From positions 43,905 to 107,904 of IMG/VR virus record IMGVR_UViG_3300003321_000691: DNA of 64,000 nt; one strand, written 5' to 3'. The position numbers and the translations under genes were made by a program. Positions 53,896 through 60,793 of the stretch are shown here, piece after piece (position 1 is the stretch's first letter; the number at the start of each line of letters is the position of its first letter). Under the pieces are notes generated by a model. It did not search any database. It saw only the letters and a program-made list of their open reading frames with translations, and had not been told where the DNA came from. Origin of the DNA: a virus.

Positions 53896-55533
53896 ATGAA
53901 CTACCTGAAGAATGCGATGGAGCCGGGACCACAGACCGAGAAGGCGCACGCCGCCCAGGTCAAGAATTCCGCAGGAGGCTTCTCGTTCGCCGTCGATGAC
54001 TGGACGCGACTCGATCGCTTCCTCGTTCTCGGCAGCGAGGGCGGAAGCTACTACGCCTCGGAGCGCAAGCTCACCCGCGACAACGCCGAAGTGGTAGAGC
54101 GCCTCGTGAAGGACGCCTCCACCGGCATCAAGGCCGTCGCCCGCATCGCCGAAATCTCGGACTCGGGCCGCGCGCCCAAGAATGATCCGGCTATCTTCGC
54201 GCTGGCGCTCGCCGCGCGGTCGCCAGATCAGTACGTCCGCTCGGCCGCGTATCAGGCCCTGCCCAAGGTCTGCCGCATCGGCACGCACCTCTTCCACTTC
54301 GCCGCGTTCATGAAGGCGCTCGGCAGCAAGTTCCCGTCGGGCTTCCGCCGGGGCGTGTCGCGCTGGTACAACGGCAAGGACGTGGGCCAGCTCGCGCTCC
54401 AGCTCGCGAAGTACCAGTCGCGCGATGGCTGGTCGCACCGCGACATGCTGAACCTCGCCCACCCGACGCCAAAGACCGCCGACCATGACGCCCTGTACCG
54501 CTGGGCGACGTACGGCTACGACGAGTGCGCGATGCAGGGCATGATCCTGCCGCCGCTTATCGAGGCGTTCGAGGAGGCCAAGGGCACCAAGGACATCAAG
54601 CGCATCGTCGCGCTCATCCGCGACTACAACCTGCCGCGTGAGTGCATCCCGACGGACTTCCTCAAGGACCGCTCGGTCTGGGAGGCGTTGCTCGTCAAGA
54701 TGCCGCTCACGGCCATGATCCGTAACCTCGCGACCATGACGCGTGTGGGCCTCATCGCCCCGATGTCGGAGGCCTCGGCCACCGTGCAGGCGCGCCTCAC
54801 CGACGGGGCGGCGCTCAAGAAGTCGCGCGTCCACCCGCTGGCGATGCTCACGGCTCTCCTGACCTACCGGTCGGGCCACGGCCAGCGCGGTGATAGCTCG
54901 TGGACGCCGGTCCAGCCGATCGTCGACGCGCTCGATGCGGGCTTCTATGCGGCGTTCGGCAACGTGCCGTCGACTGGCAAGGCCACGCTCCTGGGCGTGG
55001 ACGTCTCGGGCTCGATGACCTCGGGCACGGTTGGTGGTGTCGCCGGGCTCACCCCGCGCATCGCTTCGGCGGCCATGGCGCTCGTCACGGCGGCCGTGGA
55101 GCCTCGGCACCACCTGCTGGGCTTCAGCCACCAGCTCGTGGACCTGAAGATCTCGCCGAAGATGCGCCTCGACGATGCCGTGCACGCCATCGGCCGCATC
55201 CCGATGGGCGGTACGGATTGCTCCCTGCCGATGATCTGGGCGACGTCCCAGCTCGCGCACGGTGTTCGCGCCGAGTCGTTTGCGGTCTACACGGACAACG
55301 AGACGTACTATGGCCACGTGCATCCGCACATCGCCCTCCAGCAGTACCGCCAGGCCTCGGGTCTGCCGGCGAAGCTGGCGGTCGTGAGCCTGCTCCCGAA
55401 CCCGTTCACGATCGCGGACCCGAATGACGCCGGCATGCTCGACTTCGTCGGGTTTGACACGGCGGCGCCGGCCGCGATGGCGGACTTCTTCACGGGCGGC
55501 CAGGCGCCCGAATTCGAGAAGGAAGAGGAATAA
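53896..55533 (+). CDS. rsr: Ro60 / Rsr RNA-binding protein (TROVE plus vWA)
   Basis: NSAGGF, RLDRFLVLGSEGGSYY, KYQSRDGWSHRD, MPLTAMIRNL, DVSGSM (MIDAS), GGTDCSLP, TDNET, MLDFVGFD. Confidence 0.95.
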   Translation: MNYLKNAMEPGPQTEKAHAAQVKNSAGGFSFAVDDWTRLDRFLVLGSEGGSYYASERKLTRDNAEVVERLVKDASTGIKAVARIAEISDSGRAPKNDPAIFALALAARSPDQYVRSAAYQALPKVCRIGTHLFHFAAFMKALGSKFPSGFRRGVSRWYNGKDVGQLALQLAKYQSRDGWSHRDMLNLAHPTPKTADHDALYRWATYGYDECAMQGMILPPLIEAFEEAKGTKDIKRIVALIRDYNLPRECIPTDFLKDRSVWEALLVKMPLTAMIRNLATMTRVGLIAPMSEASATVQARLTDGAALKKSRVHPLAMLTALLTYRSGHGQRGDSSWTPVQPIVDALDAGFYAAFGNVPSTGKATLLGVDVSGSMTSGTVGGVAGLTPRIASAAMALVTAAVEPRHHLLGFSHQLVDLKISPKMRLDDAVHAIGRIPMGGTDCSLPMIWATSQLAHGVRAESFAVYTDNETYYGHVHPHIALQQYRQASGLPAKLAVVSLLPNPFTIADPNDAGMLDFVGFDTAAPAAMADFFTGGQAPEFEKEEE

Positions 55534-55561
55534 GCGCCCCGCGTTGGGCGTCGTAGATTAC

Positions 55562-55622
55562 GACGGGCCGTAGATTCAGGGTTATCTCGAACATAAACTC
55601 CTGGGTCGCCTTATCGCCTGTC
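55562..55622 (+). ncRNA. candidate minimal Y RNA 1
   Basis: GACGGGC[C]G / C-GCCTGTC bulged helix; inner CAGG/CCTG stem; 28 nt after the rsr stop. Confidence 0.6.
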
Positions 55623-55631
55623 ACAAATTTA

Positions 55632-55704
55632 GGTGGGCCGCTGGAAAGCGTTACCTCGCATTGGACCGCCCGAAAGGGCACTCGCTGACCTCTACTCGCC
55701 CACC
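55632..55704 (+). ncRNA. candidate minimal Y RNA 2
   Basis: GGTGGGC[C]G / C-GCCCACC bulged helix; AGCG/CGCT stem; GCCC-GAAA-GGGC hairpin. Confidence 0.6.
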
Positions 55705-55729
55705 GACATCTCTAGCCGGACCAGTGAAC

Positions 55730-56335
55730 GTGACCAGAAACCTCCTACTCCTCGCCCTCGCCGCCTGCTCGTACACCCACTTGCCGGCGCAGCCACGGGG
55801 CCAGGAGCTGGAGGCCGGCACCACGGTCGAACTGATCTCCGGCTGCCACGACTCTGACCCCGCCTGGGCGTTCATCGAGTCGGACCGCACCGGCACCGGT
55901 GTCATCCTGGATGCCCGCTACGTCCTGACCGCCGCGCATGTGGTCGAGTGTCCGATGATCCCCATCGTCCACGCCAAGTTCCCGGACGGCCGGGTCACGC
56001 GCCTAGTCGTGGATGTCGACGACGCGATGTTCGGCGCCGGCCGCGACATCGCTCGCCTGGAGGTCCTATCCGCCGAGAGCTTAGGCAGCATCGCGCCACC
56101 GGCTCTCGCTGACAACGACCCGCCGGGCCCGTGGTGTGCCATGACGCGGCACGGCCGGGTCTGTGGCGCTCGCTACCTGCTCACCCAAGGCGACGGCGTG
56201 TTCGCCGCTCGCACCAGCCCGGGCGATTCCGGGAGCGGAGTCTACGACGCCTACAACCGGCTGGTTGGGCTGGTGGTGTCGGGCTCCGAGCACTACACCA
56301 AGTTCGTCCGCGTTGGAGAGGAGTGGATCCCGTGA
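55730..56335 (+). CDS. trypsin-like serine protease, putative lipoprotein
   Basis: LLLLALAAC lipobox; VLTAAHVV, DIA, GDSGS triad. Confidence 0.8.
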   Translation: MTRNLLLLALAACSYTHLPAQPRGQELEAGTTVELISGCHDSDPAWAFIESDRTGTGVILDARYVLTAAHVVECPMIPIVHAKFPDGRVTRLVVDVDDAMFGAGRDIARLEVLSAESLGSIAPPALADNDPPGPWCAMTRHGRVCGARYLLTQGDGVFAARTSPGDSGSGVYDAYNRLVGLVVSGSEHYTKFVRVGEEWIP

Positions 56336-56988
56336 AGGTTCATAAGCTACAGCAACATGACGGCGTCTGGTTCGCCGAGGTCTTGTTGACGCAGGTCCCG
56401 GCGGGTGTGCACCGCGGGCCGTGGCGTCACCCACACGAACATGGCACCCATCTCATCCAACACGTTGGGACGTACACCGGGCCCGAGTCCGGCAGCACTA
56501 AGACCAATCGCGTTGATGCCAGGTGCTGGGTCAAGCTTCAAGATCTCACGCCCGTGCCACTGCTGCACGTGGCGGAGTGGCCGTCGGGCGAAGTGTTCGT
56601 CGTCGTTGACGCACGTACTATCCCGGAGGGGCTACCACGCTCACCGGCGCATGCGACGCTGTCGGTAGACGACTTCCGCGAAGACTTCTCTACCGAGATC
56701 CGACAGCGCGACGTCAAGGGGCCGGTGCATGTCGGTTGCCTGGCGCTGTGCTGGGCCTCGCTTCACGATCTCCCAGGGATCGAGGACTGCAACACGGCGG
56801 ACGATCAGGTGCTGCTGGACCGCTACACCGGCCTTCAGCGCGAGCACTCGAAGTTGTCGGTTGCGGACCGCGACCGCGCCTCTGCCATTTGGAGTGCTCA
56901 ACTCCGTGCCAAGATCGCGGCCTCCGAGGCGGAGACCAAGCGTCGCGAGCGTATGCAGGTCGTCTGCGACGACCAGGAAGATATCTAA
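56332..56988 (+). CDS. hypothetical protein
   Basis: GTGA overlap with the protease stop. Confidence 0.55.
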   Translation: MKVHKLQQHDGVWFAEVLLTQVPAGVHRGPWRHPHEHGTHLIQHVGTYTGPESGSTKTNRVDARCWVKLQDLTPVPLLHVAEWPSGEVFVVVDARTIPEGLPRSPAHATLSVDDFREDFSTEIRQRDVKGPVHVGCLALCWASLHDLPGIEDCNTADDQVLLDRYTGLQREHSKLSVADRDRASAIWSAQLRAKIAASEAETKRRERMQVVCDDQEDI

Positions 56989-56991
56989 GCC

Positions 56992-57987
56992 GTGAAGTCC
57001 ACAGACGTCATCATCGTAGCCGACCTCTCGGGGTCGATGGCCGACGCTAAGGAGCAGACGCTCCGCACCATGGCCAAGGATCTCATCGCGACCCTCGCGG
57101 AGGAAGAGTCCAAGGGCGACCAGGTGTTCAACGTCACCTTCGTCCCGTTCTCGTCCTCCGTCTCGGTAGGCGTCACCACGGTAGCGTCGGCCGTCACGGC
57201 CGCGAGGTACAACGAGCTGTCGACCGGCCGCATCGGCATGGGTGGCCGCACCGCGCTCATCGATGCCATCGGCAAGGCCCTGGAGCTGACCAAACCCGGT
57301 ACCGTGTCACTCATCTCGGTCTTCTCCGACGGCGAGGAGAACGCAAGCTACTACTACTCGGCGGCGCGCCTCAAGGTGAAGCTCGCGGAGCTGGAGGCGT
57401 CAGGCAATCTGACGTTGACGTTCGCGGGCCCGGAGCGAGCGCGAGGCATGCTCGCGCAGATCGGCATCCCGACAGACAACTTCCGGGCCTGGGACGGTAG
57501 CGAGAAGGAGATGGCTGCGGTCGCCAACGATACGCGTGCCGCGTTCACCACCTACACGCAGTCTCGTGCGGCCGGCGTCACGCGCTCGACCAGCTTCTAC
57601 GCGGACACGTCCAAGCTCACCGAGTCGGGCGTTCGCGGCTTCACTCGCGAGGTCACTCCCACCGACGTCCGCCAGGTCACCAAGGCCATGGCAGGCCGCG
57701 CCATCGCGGACTTCTACGGTACGAAGTTCCAGATGGGCAAGCACTACTACGAGCTGATCAAGCCGGAGTACCTCCAGGATGACAAGGAGCTGGTCATCCA
57801 GTTCCTCGACAAGAACGAGTACCGCCAGGGCAGCCGCGCCGTGCGTCTGCTACTTGGCCTGCCGGAGACCGGCAAGGTCCGCGTCCATCCGACCGCTGCC
57901 AACGGCAAGTACCGCCTGTTCATCCAGAGCAACTCGCCCAACCGCAAGGTGGTCGAGGGCCAGCACATGATCACGGTGCCGCAGTGA
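56992..57987 (+). CDS. vWA-domain protein
   Basis: DLSGSM MIDAS, GRTALIDAI, FSDGEEN. Confidence 0.85.
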   Translation: MKSTDVIIVADLSGSMADAKEQTLRTMAKDLIATLAEEESKGDQVFNVTFVPFSSSVSVGVTTVASAVTAARYNELSTGRIGMGGRTALIDAIGKALELTKPGTVSLISVFSDGEENASYYYSAARLKVKLAELEASGNLTLTFAGPERARGMLAQIGIPTDNFRAWDGSEKEMAAVANDTRAAFTTYTQSRAAGVTRSTSFYADTSKLTESGVRGFTREVTPTDVRQVTKAMAGRAIADFYGTKFQMGKHYYELIKPEYLQDDKELVIQFLDKNEYRQGSRAVRLLLGLPETGKVRVHPTAANGKYRLFIQSNSPNRKVVEGQHMITVPQ

Positions 57988-58343
57988 GCGTTGGCGGGGC
58001 CATCAAGGCCCGGGTCGCGTTCAAGCGCCTAGAGACTGACGCCGAGCTTCAGGCCCGCATCCACACGAAGACCGGCTCATGGACCTCGTGGACCGGCAAA
58101 GAGCTAGACTCCTGCGCCGAGAAGTACGACCTCCGGCGCCGCATCGTCGAGGACGAGGCGTGACCACCTGCCGCCCCGGCCTCGTCTACAATTCCCCGCT
58201 CAATCACACCGAGTTGCGCAAGCTGACCCGCGACGGACGGTGTCCAATCTGCGACCCGGAGGTCTCGCGCATCGAGTACCTCCTGATCTTGGGACGCCTC
58301 CTCCGCGAGCCCGACCTGCGGGCGCGAGTCAGCTCGAAGTGAG

Positions 58344-58415
58344 TACTGGTGGCGGGACTCGAACCCGCAGTCTCCGGTTTCTGAGACCGGCGCTATACCA
58401 TTTCGCTACACCAGC
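58344..58415 (-). tRNA. tRNA-Leu(CAG), short variable arm
   Basis: CCGGT-CTCAGAA-ACCGG; A73. Confidence 0.85.
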
Positions 58416-58421
58416 GTGTCG

Positions 58422-58496
58422 TGTCGCGGGCGGGACTCGAACCCGCACTGTACGGCCTCTCAGACCGTCGCCTCCTACCAATTGCGCTACCGCGAC
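58422..58496 (-). tRNA. tRNA-Leu(GAG), short variable arm
   Basis: ACGGT-CTGAGAG-GCCGT; A73. Confidence 0.85.
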
Positions 58497-58504
58497 GTGT
58501 ATCG

Positions 58505-58577
58505 TGTCCGCGCCGGGACTCGAACCCGGACTGACGCCGTTTTTGGGACGGCCGCTCTACCTTTTCGCCACGCGGAC
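58505..58577 (-). tRNA. tRNA-Leu(CAA), short variable arm
   Basis: GCCGT-CCCAAAA-ACGGC; A73. Confidence 0.8.
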
Positions 58578-58582
58578 GAAGG

Positions 58583-58696
58583 TTAGCGGGACGCGCGCGA
58601 GGGCGCTGCGGCAAGTAGGACCGCGGCCAGCGACCACAACAGGGCCGCTCGCTCGACGAGGAGCGTGGCCAACTGGTTGTGAGTGTCAGCGGTCAT
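58583..58696 (-). CDS. putative leaderless Leu-rich leader peptide (37 aa)
   Basis: MTADTHNQLATLLVERAALLWSLAAVLLAAAPSRASR; ATG 6 nt after the -10 box; stop 5 nt before tRNA-Leu. Confidence 0.5.
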   Translation of the reverse strand: MTADTHNQLATLLVERAALLWSLAAVLLAAAPSRASR

Positions 58697-58702
58697 GTTG
58701 GG

Positions 58703-58731
58703 AAGATAGACGGAAGACTCTCGCCCGTCAA
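58703..58731 (-). promoter_or_regulatory. sigma70-like promoter of the tRNA-Leu cluster
   Basis: TTGACG-N17-TATCTT, twin of the main-array promoter. Confidence 0.65.
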
Positions 58732-58748
58732 GTGCGTTGTTCTCGGCA

Positions 58749-59425
58749 ATGAGTAAAGACACCGAGACGGAAGAGACCGAGGCCTCCGGCCCGGAGGTAC
58801 TTCGCAAGTTCCTCAGCGAGGTCTTGGTCGACAAGAAGGCCAGCCCCGAGCTACGCGTCAACGCGGGGCTACAATTGCTCGCCCACTTCGCTCGCGAAGG
58901 TGCGCAGGCCGATCTCAAGCATCGCACCGAATTGGCCGTGAAGGTCTCGGTGGTCAAGGGTTGTCTCGCCCTCATCGCAACGGACGATAAGGTGGACCTG
59001 GCCACCCGCATCCGCGCCGCAGGAGCCGCGCTATGACCAACGACATCTACGTCCGCTGGAAGCATCTCAATCCCGACGGCACGCCCATCAAAAATGTCGA
59101 AGGGCTTTTGCTCTCGGTCCAGCTGGACAGCACCAACAAGTACCGCTTCCTCATCCAGACCCGTGATGGCTTCGAGACGGTCGAAGCGTGTGACGTGGTC
59201 ACCTGCGACCCGCCCGGGCTCCAGGTGACGTACACGCCACCGCCAGCGGGCCCGATCGTTCCGCCGGGTCCAGTCACGTGTGACACCAGCGACATCCCCA
59301 CGGCCACCAGCGAAGGCTCGGGCGGCACGTTCACGTCCGCCCAGAGCGCCACGCCCCCCGACGCCCCCTCGCCCAAGCCTCGCGGCCGGCGTTCGCTCCT
59401 CGCCAAGCCAGGGGCCGACAAGTGA
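58749..59425 (+). other. two coupled hypothetical ORFs (58749-59036, 59033-59425)
   Basis: ATGA overlap; lead into sspB. Confidence 0.55.
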
Positions 59426-59784
59426 TCGCGCTCGACCAGATGTTCGCAGCACTCATCGCGGAGTGTCACCAAGTCAACGTCATTCTCGACCCGCGCGATT
59501 CAGGCGTCGAAGTGCCGGACCAGTTCAAACAGCTTCCGCAGCTCCAGCTCGTGTATGGCTGGAACCTGCCCATCAAGATCCCGGACCTCAGGTGGGACGC
59601 CGACGCGCTCACGGCCACGCTCTCCTTCGGCGGCGTGCCATTCCCGACCCGCGTGCCGTGGTCGGCCGTGGTTGCGATGCAAGGCGACGAGACGTGCCTG
59701 GTCGCCCTGTCGCGGCCGGTCAAGGCCACAAACGTGGTGATCCAGGAGCCTAAGAAACGCGGCGCCCTAAAGCTGGTGGATTAG
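59422..59784 (+). CDS. sspB: ClpXP specificity-enhancing adaptor SspB-like
   Basis: GVEVP, DL..D..LTATLSFGG..VPWSAV and C-terminal LKLVD ClpX-binding-like tail. Confidence 0.8.
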   Translation: MIALDQMFAALIAECHQVNVILDPRDSGVEVPDQFKQLPQLQLVYGWNLPIKIPDLRWDADALTATLSFGGVPFPTRVPWSAVVAMQGDETCLVALSRPVKATNVVIQEPKKRGALKLVD

Positions 59785-59786
59785 GT

Positions 59787-60636
59787 ATGTTTGGACGCCA
59801 GCCCAAGCCACCGCCGGCCCCGAAGCCGCCCTCGCCTCCACCCTCGCCAGCCTACTGGAAGCGAGTCGAAGCCTGGAATGGTAACGACTATCCTCGACGT
59901 GAGACTTTCGAGCACGCGCTGCCAGATGGCGGGATGCTCGTTATGGTCCGCTACTCGGGACCGCACGACGCGGAGTCTACGTCCGTCTGCTACGTCCCAC
60001 CCATGCCACAGCCTGCTGGACCCGCGCTCCGCAGCGAGCCGTGGGAGGCATCCATCGCAGGAGAGTCAAAGAAATGAATCGCACACGCACCATCGCCCTC
60101 ATCGTGCTCTGGGTCTTCGTCGCTGCGGGGCTTGCGTGGCTCGTCACCGGCTGCGGGCCCAGCGACTGCGAAATCTGCGGCGGGCACACCGAGCAACGCA
60201 ACTGTCACCAGGAAACCAGCTCCATCACCGTCTGGATAGACTACGGTAATGGTATGGTGATGCCGATGACGAACACCACCGAGACCACCGTCTGCGACCA
60301 CGTCTGCGTCGGCGCTCGGCCGTACCACGACATCCTGGTTGACGACGGGCATGGTGGGTCGGCCACGATCCGGACCTGCAAGTGATCTTCCGTCTCGTCT
60401 GCGAGTGCGGCGCCTCAGCTCGTGCGGAGGTCTCCGACTCCGCCCCGCCGGGTATCAGCCCGATGGCTCTGGCGCTTCGCAAGGCGACGAAAAGCGGCTG
60501 GGTCTATCGCGGAGGGCGGATGGGGAAGTCCGTCATCACCGTGGTCTGCCCGAAGTGTCGTGACCCTCTGTATTTGGAAGCTGACGTCGAGCCCGTGAGC
60601 GCTGTGCCAAGCACCTATGAAGAGGACCTCCTCTAA
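59787..60636 (+). other. three small ORFs (59787-60077; 60074-60385 putative lipoprotein; 60382-60636 CxC/CxxC)
   Basis: overlapping start/stops; LVTGC lipobox. Confidence 0.55.
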
Positions 60637-60793
60637 TGCGCTACTGGTGGCGGCGCCTTGTCTGCCGGCTGCGTGGTCACGACTACGACCTCGTGGCATG
60701 GGAGGTCGCCCGCTTCGGGCTGGTGACCCGCTATTGGTTCCCAGACCGAGTGCCGACGCTGCGGCTGTGGCTACACGCTGACCGAGTGGAAGG

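Noticed and set aside
49229-58577. Suppressor or selenocysteine tRNA / genetic code reassignment
   Set aside because: No CTA, TTA or TCA anticodon found; genes end normally at TAG, TGA and TAA.
59422-59784. Host assignment (Myxococcota-like) from SspB style and GC content
   Set aside because: Suggestive only; needs a homology search or spacer match.
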